Source: Eutreptiella sp. 'Long Island Sound 2002'
Lineage: Eukaryota; Protista; Euglenida
NCBI GenBank assembly: GCA_964036045.1
Contig: OZ038378.1
Span: 8,866,001 to 8,930,000, forward strand
Direction: 5' to 3'
Length of the DNA: 64,000 nucleotides
A program made the position numbers and the translations under genes. Positions 50,501 through 58,845 of this stretch are shown one piece after another (the first letter of the stretch is position 1; the number at the start of each line of letters is the position of its first letter). The notes beneath the pieces were generated by a model. That model saw nothing but the letters and a program-made list of their open reading frames with translations. It ran no database searches and was not told where the DNA came from.

Positions 50501-53500
50501 AATCCCACCGCTTGCCATGCATCTCCGACCCCATCGCACTCTCCTGTAGGCGCCCTTGTCACCTGCTCCAACCTCACACTGCAAGTAACTCTATAGCATT
50601 ACAAAACTAGATAATGTTTACAGATGCAGGTTGGTCTTCTGGGATGGTGATAAAATTGGGGATCGTGGCACAGCGGCGTTGGGCAACCAGGAGCAAATAC
50701 TTCGTGGTGCCAGGTAATGAGGAGCAAATACATGGTGGCACTGGGGAATAAAGAGCAAATGGTTGGATGGCAGTGTGGCAAAGAAACTACACGGAAAATA
50801 TAGCCTTTCAGCACCACAAGATGAGAACATCACCTGCAGGCAGAGTGTCCGTATCGATCTCGTAACCATGGTTCTGTGGGGTGATGTAGCACTTGCCAGT
50901 GCGTAAATCCATGCAAGGGTAATTCAGGCCGCGGTTACCTCTCTTCATGGGCTTGATCTTTGCCCCAGTCGCCAGAGCTATCATGTTGCAGCCTGCAATG
51001 AGATCAGTGTGGCGGATAAAATACGAAAGAGCAAACGACCTGCTTCAGCGAAGGAACTCAAGGGTGTCAAGGAAGGCGAAAGAAGAGCGCACATTCTTGG
51101 ACTCCTCCCTCCCCAGCCGTGCACAGGGGTTTGCAGTGGGGAGGCGACTTCTCATGCGAAAAATGAGATGGGTGGTACAAAGAGACCATACCCAAGCCAA
51201 TGCCCATGATGGGCTTCGGGGGCTCCAAAGCTAGTGCCCGCTTCAAGTTGTTGACTGTTGCTTCACAGAGGCTTGGATGACAGTCTGGCCCAGAAGACAC
51301 CAAGAGCCCATCCCAAGGCTCAGAGAAGATATCATAATCCCAGGGGACGATACGCAGGCGTATATTGAAAGACATCAGGAGGCGGATGAGAGTATTGGAG
51401 ATTCCGCAATCGATGGCCATGATACGTTTCGCGGTCTTGGCATTGAAATGAAGCGGCCTGTAATATGTACCACCAATCGAGCTCTCGGGCATGAGGGCAC
51501 AAACCATTCCGTGGCGCGCAAAAAAAAAACAAACAAAAGCGACCAAGACAAGCAATGGCCATCGCAGCGGACGGCAAAAATTCACGCATGATCACAGAGT
51601 ACAGGCACCAAAGAGGGGGCAGAGGCCTCCCAAACCCACAAATAGGGTTGCCATGGGGCCCACAGTGGGTCATGGTCCTCGTGCACTCGAGATTCGACAG
51701 TCGCGTTTTCTGCACTTTGGCTCTGGAAACCGTGGACATTCTGCTAGAGTCCCCTGCTGCAGAGGGGGGGGGGACCGTGACATACCAAAAAAGCGATGCA
51801 GGCGTCCTGACCAAAATCCATGACGCAAAATGAATGGGGTATCTGCACCATTGAATTTGCAATCAATTACGAAACGATCAAAATCATGTTCATCTGCAAC
51901 TGCAAATCCACCATTCACGAATTCATGGCAGAGATTGAGCAAATGGCATGTAGTGGTCATACTCGGGATCGAACCATCCCATGGCTTGCTGTTGCTGTGC
52001 GGAACGCGCGACGGCATACCTGAAATCCCGCGCGCCAGTGCATGAAACTTCTTTTACCAGGTTCCGGTTTCTGCACTCATCAAATGCGATATCGCCGTCT
52101 TCCACAACCACTTTCCCCTTCATCTCACCCTTGTCCCGAAGCCGTTTGACTAGTGCGCGGGTATCAATGCCACAGAGCCCTGGCACCTGAAGAACGCACG
52201 CACAGGATGAATGTAGCAGAAAGATTTCGTCGCAGGAACCTTCCCCTGTCGTTAGGGAGTAGGTTTACACCCTCCCACATCTGCAATTCCCCGTGCATGG
52301 GCGGTTGAGAGCATTCTAGGGCCTCGTCCCGGGCGAAAGTGAAAACGGCGCGGTCCTCCATAACACGGCGCAACCGAGTGCAGTTGCCCCGCGACGGTGT
52401 CCGCAAGCAAAATCTGAACCTGCCTCATGGGTGCGATGGAAGGCGAGCGTGCATACCCCATTCTCTTGCAGCCACCCATCCAGCGAACGTACGGAGTTGA
52501 AATGCGAATATCCGGTGTGATGGTTGGAGAGCACCAGCGCACAAGCATGGATCTTATCGGACTCGAAATTTTTCTTCAATTTGTACAAATCCACAACGTC
52601 CGAGGGCACTCCATTGTTTGCCTGCGATGCGCGTTAGGGGGTGGGGGAAGGGGCCAATTCAGATGATTGATCGATTACGTGAGAGAAATGATAAACCAGC
52701 AATAAATAGAATTGAGGCAATCCACGGTCTGGAGGGGGTGGGGTGGGTGGGCTCTCGCGTTCGTGGACGCAATGCCCAGAGTGATCCAGGTTCCGTGACG
52801 ACAAAATGGCAGCATAGGCCTTCAATCAAGGTTGCAAGGGCACATGAAACCTCATCAATTCATGTCATGCTTGCCACACGGCAGAAGGACGGCACCAACC
52901 TCGCAACTCGGGACGGGTGATGGTGAAAACGCCGTTGGTCGACGGTCAGTCGTTTGTCTCCCTTGATATGCAACACCCACAAGCATTGAGAGACCAATGT
53001 GCACATTCATCACCGCAGGCGGAGGGGCGAAGGGGGTATTTCTTCGGGAAATGTGTTGCATGCTCGCGGACTTCCCTACTTCACTGGCATGGGTGGCATG
53101 ACCTTCACGACCCAGGTGACGTGGTTTCATCATGATTATTTGCTTGAAAAAAGACAGTTGATACGTGTGCGTATCTAAGAACGATTATTTCGGGGTGGTC
53201 AAAGCGGAAGGGCCAGAGTTAGCCCAAGGAGAAAGAATTAGATCCCTTCCGTGCCGGGGGGTCAAACGGTGCGGATTTCCACAGGGTAGAAACAATGCAG
53301 CGCGGTTGCGTCGAGCTCCGAACGGTGGGGGAAAATATCGTTCTAAAGTGCTGGGGAGGAATAACCAACTCAACCCTCCATGTGGCACCATTCAGTGCAA
53401 TTATTCACTGTCTGGCCGCGTTACAACCTCTATCTTGGTCATGGCACCGGGCCACGACAGAAGAAGGCCTACCTCAGGTGGAACGCAGTCCGCCACCCAC

Positions 53501-54171
53501 AGTTTTGCCAAACTACCGCACTGCGTTCAGGTGACTTGGTCTTTACTCCCAACATTGTGTGGGTTTCACTTGGTCGCGCGACGAGGTCTTGTTGGAGAGT
53601 TGACCCGGTTTTTGAAAAGTTTACTTCGAGCGAAAATTGAAGCATCGTTAAATGTGGCAAGTGATGTCACGGTGGCCAACTCGGTTTGTCACGTCATTTG
53701 CCACGCCATATTTCATATTTTATGTTAAAACGTAAGAAACCGGTACGTCTCATTTGACCCAGAAGGTGAAGAGGGTGGAAACCATTTCGTGTTGAAACTT
53801 GAATGGTCTTGCGGCAAAGCAATCATCACCAAAAGTAGAAACACTCACCGTGTGACTGCAAGGGGTCAACTGCCGGGCAAGCAGAAGGTGCATTGTTGGC
53901 AAAAAACTGAAGATGCGACCGAACTAGGACGAGCGACTGGGACAATTAAGGACTTGGGAAGGGAGAAAGGGGTGCTATACCACAATTGGGTAGGCCAAAG
54001 CTACCACTTGCCCGGCATACATTGGATCCGTGAGAGACTCGGGATGCCCCAACATGCCGGTGTGAAAAACCACAAACCCGGATACGTTTGTCAGAGCACC
54101 GAACGCCTCTCCTTCATAGGTCGTTCCATCTTCCAAAACTAAACGTCCCCTCCGCATTTCCCGTAGTGAGC
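13388..54171 (-). CDS. CPS: Multi-exon fused carbamoyl-phosphate synthetase-like protein (CarA-like GATase + CarB-like synthetase + MGS domain); catalytic residues degenerate
   Basis: 22 exons (listed separately) join through GT-AG introns with matching phases, except across the unmapped 33246-18551 interval. Recognisable CPS motifs in order: [118 protein letters not shown]. The 5' and 3' ends and about 230 central residues are unresolved. Confidence 0.93.
13976..14196 (-). CDS. CPS-like exon, MGS allosteric domain (RILISAG...LYGTTGTA...[10 protein letters not shown])
   Basis: Acceptor ctttgtgcag, donor GTCTGT, 221 nt, phase 1 to 0. Confidence 0.92.
14900..15950. repeat. Dispersed repeat family with diverged internal tandem units
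   Basis: Recurrent GGGCCCCAC(C/T)GGTGAGG, TT(T/C)GGTGACAATGG and CACCCATGGGGA; the inverse complement occurs at 19700-20230. Confidence 0.65.
16468..16726 (-). CDS. CPS-like exon ([11 protein letters not shown]...VAVKAPIF...[12 protein letters not shown]...TGFSLPEK)
   Basis: Acceptor gctgcag, donor GTGCTG, 259 nt, phase 0 to 1. Confidence 0.92.
17161..17225 (-). CDS. CPS-like exon ([22 protein letters not shown])
   Basis: Acceptor gtcctcag, donor GTGTGC, 65 nt, phase 1 to 0; aligns to LKVIECNLRASRSFPFVSK. Confidence 0.88.
17765..17908 (-). CDS. CPS-like exon ([14 protein letters not shown]...[14 protein letters not shown])
   Basis: Acceptor cttttcctag, donor GTATTT, 144 nt, phase 1 to 1. 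Confidence 0.92.
18058..18133 (-). CDS. CPS-like exon ([25 protein letters not shown])
   Basis: Acceptor ttcattgcag, donor GTGTGT, 76 nt, phase 0 to 1. Confidence 0.92.
18355..18550 (-). CDS. CPS-like exon, second ATP-grasp B-subdomain (ELVES...[10 protein letters not shown]...VSKEFPMMV...AGAQ)
   Basis: Acceptor tctttcacag, donor GTATGT, 196 nt, phase 2 to 0. Confidence 0.9.
19700..20230. repeat. About 195-bp tandem repeat (about 2.5 copies) of the same family, inverted relative to 14900-15950
   Basis: ATGGGCCTAG(C/T)GGCCA recurs at about 19751, 19947 and 20141; TTGTC(G/A)CCAAA recurs. Confidence 0.8.
20245..20481 (+). mobile_element. tRNA-derived SINE-like element
   Basis: A-box-like CCCAGTGGTAGA, B-box GGTTCAATTCC (20295-20305), second B-box GGTTCGAATCC (20401-20411), followed by (CT)n. 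Confidence 0.5.
20482..20552. repeat. (CT)n microsatellite, about 35 units
   Basis: Read directly from the sequence. Confidence 0.99.
20636..21327. mobile_element. MITE-like non-autonomous element with G-run terminal inverted repeats
   Basis: Left GGGGGGGGTATGTGGGGTATATTTGGAA; right reverse complement GGGGGGGGGTATGTGTATACTTTTTGAA; left part homologous to 23520-23640. Confidence 0.6.
22253..22452. other. Assembly gap (200 N placeholder)
   Basis: Exactly 200 N. Confidence 1.
22453..23345 (+). mobile_element. Non-autonomous DNA transposon with long TIRs and a Cys-rich transposase C-terminal remnant (Sola2-like)
   Basis: About 90-bp near-perfect inverted repeats at 22453-22540 and 23209-23298 (the left one runs into the gap); internal frameshifted peptide [11 protein letters not shown]...[10 protein letters not shown]...CKN...GPW (22680-22830). 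Confidence 0.65.
23990..24430. repeat. Low-complexity coding-like repeats (CCATC(A/T) hexamers and 33-36-bp units), probably a TE relic
   Basis: The minus strand reads GDGDGDG/EEEE and (TRG...TA)n with an internal stop. Confidence 0.7.
25590..28261 (-). mobile_element. 2672-bp TIR DNA transposon (CMC/EnSpm- or Transib-related) with an intron-containing, disabled DDE transposase
   Basis: TIR CCCTTGGTACACGCTAGAAGACCCAAT(C/T)TCGTTCTAGCCTAGA at both ends; flanked by AG on both sides (2-bp TSD); subterminal GCTAGAAC repeats. Transposase ATG 28049, exon to 27321, intron 27320-27203, motifs [21 protein letters not shown]...[18 protein letters not shown]; stops and a frameshift in exon 2. Confidence 0.85.
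30588..31406 (-). other. Intronic hypothetical ORF (Thr-rich linker plus helical/globular part), probably TE-borne
   Basis: 272-codon ORF with protein-like composition after the T-rich stretch; no recognisable motif. Confidence 0.35.
32380..32640. repeat. Diverged about 50-bp tandem repeat (4-5 copies)
   Basis: Recurrent GGGGAGAAAT(C/G)AATATGGCTAC...AACCC...GGGGTCCCC. Confidence 0.75.
33247..33330 (-). CDS. CPS-like exon ([28 protein letters not shown])
   Basis: Acceptor gtgttgcacag, donor GTATGT, 84 nt, phase 1 to 1. Confidence 0.9.
33993..34089 (-). CDS. CPS-like exon, oligomerisation domain (EEKQ...[18 protein letters not shown])
   Basis: Acceptor gctctctag, donor GTATGT, 97 nt, phase 0 to 1; matches the PTDKRIF-type motif. 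Confidence 0.88.
35458..36204. mobile_element. MITE-like element with CAACCCAGCCCCCAAAT inverted ends and subterminal AAATCGGCG repeats
   Basis: 35458-35480 is the reverse complement of 36181-36204; AAATCGGC repeats cluster near both ends. Confidence 0.65.
35697..35768 (+). ncRNA. tRNA-like (degenerate) Pol III-type cassette, probably a SINE head rather than a functional tRNA
   Basis: GGCGGTAGTATAGTGGTA...CTGTAA...GGGTTCAGTTCCC followed by a T-run; acceptor and T stems do not pair properly. Confidence 0.4.
36379..36586 (-). CDS. CPS-like exon (IPCY...[22 protein letters not shown])
   Basis: Acceptor tttcttttgcag, donor GTTGGC, 208 nt, phase 2 to 0. Confidence 0.9.
38255..38445 (-). CDS. CPS-like exon ([26 protein letters not shown]...[10 protein letters not shown])
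   Basis: Acceptor ccttcgcag, donor GTATGC, 191 nt, phase 0 to 2. Confidence 0.93.
38780..38933 (-). CDS. CPS-like exon ([15 protein letters not shown]...[17 protein letters not shown])
   Basis: Acceptor tttcttgacag, donor GTATGT, 154 nt, phase 2 to 0. Confidence 0.92.
41067..41155 (-). CDS. CPS-like exon ([30 protein letters not shown])
   Basis: Acceptor catctctcag, donor GTAAGC, 89 nt, phase 0 to 2. Confidence 0.92.
42845..43156 (-). CDS. CPS-like exon ([14 protein letters not shown]...NRDRF...LGYPV...VEKSLQ)
   Basis: Acceptor ctgctgtag, donor GTGTGG, 312 nt, phase 0 to 0. Confidence 0.93.
44957..44980. repeat. Short interstitial (CCCTAA)n telomere-like repeat, about 4 units
   Basis: CTAACCCTAACCCTAACCCTCACC. 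Confidence 0.6.
45650..45868 (-). CDS. CPS-like exon ([23 protein letters not shown]...GGQLALDCG)
   Basis: Acceptor tttcattcag, donor GTACCA, 219 nt, phase 0 to 0. Confidence 0.93.
46834..46958 (-). CDS. CPS-like exon, start of synthetase ([25 protein letters not shown])
   Basis: Aligns to [24 protein letters not shown]; acceptor cctttacag, donor GTTCGC, 125 nt. Confidence 0.85.
47913..48068 (-). CDS. CPS-like exon, end of GATase ([11 protein letters not shown]...GVQFMPGS...HFMDTVV)
   Basis: Acceptor tttgctgcag; phase-1 donor GTGTGA chosen to match the next exon (an alternative phase-1 GT lies about 48 nt further on); HPE motif reads MPG. Confidence 0.85.
50834..50992 (-). CDS. CPS-like exon, GATase domain ([10 protein letters not shown]...GNRGLNYPC...QNHGYEID)
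   Basis: Acceptor ctcattgcag, donor GTGATG, 159 nt, phase 1 to 1. Confidence 0.92.
51192..51457 (-). CDS. CPS-like exon, GATase domain (AIDCGISN...SSGPDCHP...IMGIGLG)
   Basis: Acceptor tattacag, donor GTATGG, 266 nt, phase 2 to 1; the nucleophile Cys position is Gly. Confidence 0.92.
52020..52186 (-). CDS. CPS-like exon ([24 protein letters not shown]...NLVKEVS)
   Basis: Acceptor gttcttcag, donor GTATGC, 167 nt, phase 0 to 2. Confidence 0.92.
52457..52621 (-). CDS. CPS-like exon (ANNGVPSD...FESDKIHA...LDGWLQENG)
   Basis: Acceptor catcgcag, donor GTATGC, 165 nt, phase 0 to 0. Confidence 0.92.
53981..54171 (-). CDS. CPS-like exon: small-subunit N-terminal domain ([15 protein letters not shown]...AYPIV)
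   Basis: Acceptor ttctttgttgcag, donor GTATAG, 191 nt, phase 1 to 0. Confidence 0.92.
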
Positions 54172-56799
54172 CTGCAACAAAGAAGTCGAGTACCTGACTA
54201 CAAACTGCATATGGGGGCAATGCAGTTTCGGACAGCCGGTAAGTCGGAACGCTCAACTTCAAATCTGCAAGATCCCCAACCTTTACCAAATGTGTCCACG
54301 CTCAACCACGCTTTCAAAAACCCGAGAGTCCTACTCACCCCCAATCGCATTCTCTGCTATGACATGTTTGAGGTTGGAAACAACACGACACGACACGACT
54401 AACGACACGTCGAAATGGTGTACCCTGTTTGTGTCTGAGTTGCAACCGAACTATCACCTTACTATCAACACGAAACCAAAGAAGACGCGAAAACGAAAAG
54501 CAAGAAGCAAGCTTGTCGTGAGGGCATGTGCCTGCCGCACTACCCGAGGCAACGAGCAAACAGGTGTCAACGGAAAATTAAATTCGCTGGTCCCCGTGGA
54601 ACTGCATGGCTGGTCACGCCGAGCGTGTGAAGCATGCGTTGCCAAAGAGCCAGTTATGAAGTTTAAGTTTGAACTCAGGTATCCATCGTTTCTGCTAACT
54701 GCATGCCCTGGCCTATCTATGTTGAACAGTTCTCTAGAACGCAGTGTTTCGTTGCAGAGAACACTGAGCAACAAGGTCCACCAAGAGCACAGGGGAGTGG
54801 CTCCAGTTGGCTGCAGACAATTGGGCAGACGGTGAACACCATCGTTCACCCAACGCCACGGAGTATTCAGTATTTCGCACATTTTCTGTAGTCTGGTGTA
54901 TTTCCTATGGAAGCTGGATCAAGACGCCTTTCGAAAACAAAGCCGCCCAACACCCAGCCTGTAACATAAATGCTATTAGAAACTTGGGGAGGGCAGATTT
55001 GGGGCTTTAATCACCCTGAGGTGAAATCATACTGAAGGGGCATGAATGAGGTGTGTGCAGGGCCCGCCAAATGGAATCCGTCGATCGTGGTAGTTCTGGG
55101 TTGGGGGTCAGTTAGCTGTATGAGCGTGCGGCGCAACACTTGCCATAGGCGTGTGCATTAGTTTTTGCAGCTTTCAGATTCGTTGCTTCCGTCTAGAGTT
55201 AAGGTGATGTCAGTTTCAGGTTCATTTACGGTACAGGTTTAGCCGTGTGGTTGTTTCGTTTTGTTTTGATTCAATTGTGTCATCTTATTTGTTCAACCCT
55301 TGGCCAAAACGTTTTCCAATTCCGAACTTTTTTTTTCTATTTTCTGAAACCTCTTCCCATGGAAACTAAGATTTTTTTGCTGCAGACTTTTGACTAAGAT
55401 TTCCTTTGTTTTTTTTTAAATATTCCTGTTATTGTCGTAAAGGCCAATAGTTGAGAGCAAGGATTTAGGCCAATGAGGCAGCACGATCTGCCTGGCTAGA
55501 CCGCACTGGTTAATAGGTAAGAAACGTTGAGTAGCCCTGAGTTGCATTGTTACATTGTGAATCGCGATGGCGAGTCATTTTAGGTTGAGACGATCTGAAT
55601 TTCTTTAGGCTCTGCATCAACTCCGTTGATGACCTTATGAGATATGGCGATGATGACTTCCCATTGGTTTGCGATTTCGTTTACTTGTGTTGAGATGCTG
55701 CATGAGTCTGTACATCTCTGCCACCATGTCACCCACCGTCGCCGTTGAGGCATTGAGAGTCTTCCGAGGGTAGTGTAAAGAGAAGTAAGTCGGAGCTAGG
55801 ATTTCAGCCAATGAGGCGACTTTTTCTTACTTCTTCCATCCCATAAATCCATGAAAAAACCCTGTGCAGGACCACAAAAATTCAAATCGTTTGAACCAAA
55901 GAAAACCGCACAATTCACAATAGCAATTCACAATGCAACAATAGAACTCGATGCTACCCAGCACTCATTGTTTTCTAGGAATCGACTTAGAGCAGCTAAA
56001 AATGGGTACGAAAAACGAACTGCGTGCGAACCTAATTGCTTCATATGAAAGTTGATTTGTGAAAGAAAATCACATTTTTGTCGTGCTTTGTCATTCTTTT
56101 TCTTTTTTTTCACTCCCTATTTCGTGGATGATAGAAGGCCCGGAATTGTGATCCGGCTAAACCCTGGTGGGGTGCCTCCACCTACACCGGCTGTCCCCCT
56201 TGAAGGGGATGGTACGCGTTAATGGGCGCATTTGCCTTGGCATTTGCCACGCCTACGCGTATCACAAGTCCCTTGAAGCTGGAAGAGCCCTAGTGGAAGA
56301 GGCGTTGAAGTGGAGGTGGCTGAGGTAGGCGTAGCGGGCGAGAACAAAGCAACTCTGTAACCGGGGCCCCATCCGAGCGCGAGCGCATGTAATTAGTATT
56401 GTAAATACATCGTTGGATGTGCATACAATGCATTGATTTACTGTCATCTGGTCACAAATCATGATGTTTTGGTATGTACTTGTTGTGTTCCTCTGATCCA
56501 TGGTGCAGAGGCAACAATAGAAAATTTTTTTCTGCTGATTACGAGTCCTTTGCCCACTGTGTACTCTGTTGTCTGGGGACCGCGAGATGGAGGATTATTA
56601 TTATTACAATTACGCTGAGCAGCTGCAGGAGCATCATCCTCATCATGGAGGTGTGGTAGTGGGCGCCGTGTCAGTTCCGATGGGAAATATGTGGGTGTGG
56701 GTTCAGTTCTTCTGGGACAAACATGAGGGGCGTAAGAGGATATATGAGTTTATGAAAGGGTAGTTCCGTCACCACATTCTCCATCCCTCCAGAAAATCG

Positions 56800-58506
56800 T
56801 TGGAGGATGCCGTGCTGGTTTCTTTACGCAAGGGATCTTTGGTTGTTTTTCGTTCGTCCTTTCCCAGATCTGTGCGCGTCGTGGTGGCTAGCGCGGAGAA
56901 TCGTCGCTCGCTCGAGTCCTGCTACTACAGCTTGCCGCCGAAGGAATCTAGGTCTCCGACGTCGTCGCCAACGGGATCTCAGCCGCCAACGTCGCGGTCG
57001 ACGAAATCTCAGCAACAAACGCCGCGGCCGCGGGAATTCGGGCTGCCCGCAACGTCAGCCAAGCCGCCGACGTCGCCGCCGACAAAATCAAGGCCACCAG
57101 TGTCGTCGCCGAAGGTATCCCTGCCTGCTGTGTCGCCACCAACAGAATCGAAGTCTCCAAGTAAGAAAAAGTGTATTTCCCTGCCAAAAGGTTAGCTTTA
57201 GTTGTCATAAAGAGGCCTAAAGGCATATCCCATTTTTATCGTAGTATTGGCCTATCCAAAAGGGGTGACAAGACACTTTGACCTATAAAACCAAGCATTG
57301 AACTATGGATGTTGTGTGGACCCCTGACCCCCCAACTGATTGGACTTATACACCATTTCCTGGAATGACTGAGGCGCTGACATTAATCCTGAGCCTATAC
57401 ATTTTTCTATATTTTCTCATGAATGCTTAGCTATCCTAGTGGTATGCACCCTAGGGGGCCGTGGCACCTCTTTTTGAGAGGTCCTGGGTTCAGTTCCCAG
57501 TCAGCCTAGCTAAGTAGGAAGATCCCATCTGACATGGCAGCGACCTCAGCGCCACAAGCCATGCCACCTCAGCACCTATGGGACCCAAAACAAAGAGTGC
57601 ACATCTCTAGATGGCATTATAAAAGAGAGGATGCCCATGTGGGCAGTTTTCACATGATTGTAGGATATTTTCTAACTATCTTTTCTTAACTCTGTAGTTA
57701 TTGTGAGTTTCCTTTGTTGTTACACGATCTCCTTTGACTGCAGCCCTTCATGTTGTGGATTTGATCCTGTGGCCCGTTGCTTGCACTGTGGGTACTTATA
57801 TTTCTGGTTGATTTCATCAAAACATATTTATTTGGAAAAGCTGAACTACATCAGGAAGCAGCGGGAGCAAGCAGAGGCACAAACAAAACAATATCATCAA
57901 AGCAATCAACAGTGAAAGCCTGTTCTAACTTTCTGGTAGCAGAGATTTTCAGTCTTTGCGTACCTGCAACCCCGTGCAATACAACCAATACGTTGAGACT
58001 GACTCCACTGAAGGGCGAATAAATATAACATGGACACCAAGGACAATGCCGAGACGACAGCGCCCTCAGTGGCACCAGCCAAGCCAGCGCTAGCGCCCAA
58101 ACCTGCTGGTGAACCTGAACCTGAGGAGCCTGTACCTTCCGTGCCCTTAAGTGGGGTGGGGGATGATTCCCTGGAGGGCTTGAGAGCTGCCTTCAGTGGA
58201 CTCTCCGTTGGGGGACCTGAAGGCCAAAAGAAGGAGAAGGAGAAGGAAGCAGTGGACATGGGAGCCGAAGAGGTAGATCTTGGAGATGGACACGAACCAT
58301 CCGACGAGGTGCCCTTCGATGACAAACCTGTTCAGAGCGCGCCCAGCGCCTCAGATTACCCTGCAGTACCCTCTCCAACACCCACTACACTCCCAGCCAC
58401 ACATCCAGCTACATCCTCACCCACAACCACTCCACCTATGGCTAAGGGTCTGTGCTTTACTGGTATTCCTTACCCCACCTACGGTGAGAGAAAGATAAAA
58501 AGGTAG
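56800..58506 (+). CDS. Possible exons of a divergently transcribed Pro/Ser/Glu-rich hypothetical protein
   Basis: Strong acceptor (ttcgtcctttcccag, ending 56868) and donor (GTAAGA, 57160) around an S/P/T-rich ORF; second acidic/Pro-rich ORF 58030-58506 with a GTCTGT donor; exon joining not resolved. Confidence 0.3.
57428..57505 (+). mobile_element. tRNA-derived SINE-like head
   Basis: TAGTGGTATGCAC...GGGTTCAGTTCCC, shared with 35697 and 20250. Confidence 0.4.
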
Positions 58507-58845
58507 ACGACTCCTTTTGTAACTTGCTAACAATCTAAAATTATCTGGCATATTCCCCAAAAAGGAAAAAGGGTGTCAGAACGTGAGTGTTCCTTGCACG
58601 TATATCGTGTGTGTATGTATACATGTATTCATGTATTTTGGGAGTGGGCTTGGTAGCACACGAACAAAATAAGTTTCTCTAGAAAATGTGATAACCAACG
58701 ATCAAGCGAACAACAAACAAAGCGAAGCAACAATCAAGAGCAACAATCCCACATTGAGGCCATGCACTCCTCAGTCCGGCATAAGTGCATCTTTATTCTC
58801 TATGCCGTACCTGGTTGAACCTCGAGTCATCCATATCCACACCAA

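Noticed and set aside
13388-54171. CPS-like gene as a decayed pseudogene
   Set aside because: No stops or frameshifts in 22 exons, intact splice sites and conserved structural motifs, while neighbouring TEs are riddled with stops
56262-56400. MGPRLQSCFVLARY... as a mitochondrial presequence exon of the CPS-like gene
   Set aside because: Its only plausible donor is phase 2 and does not match the downstream exons found; unsupported without cDNA
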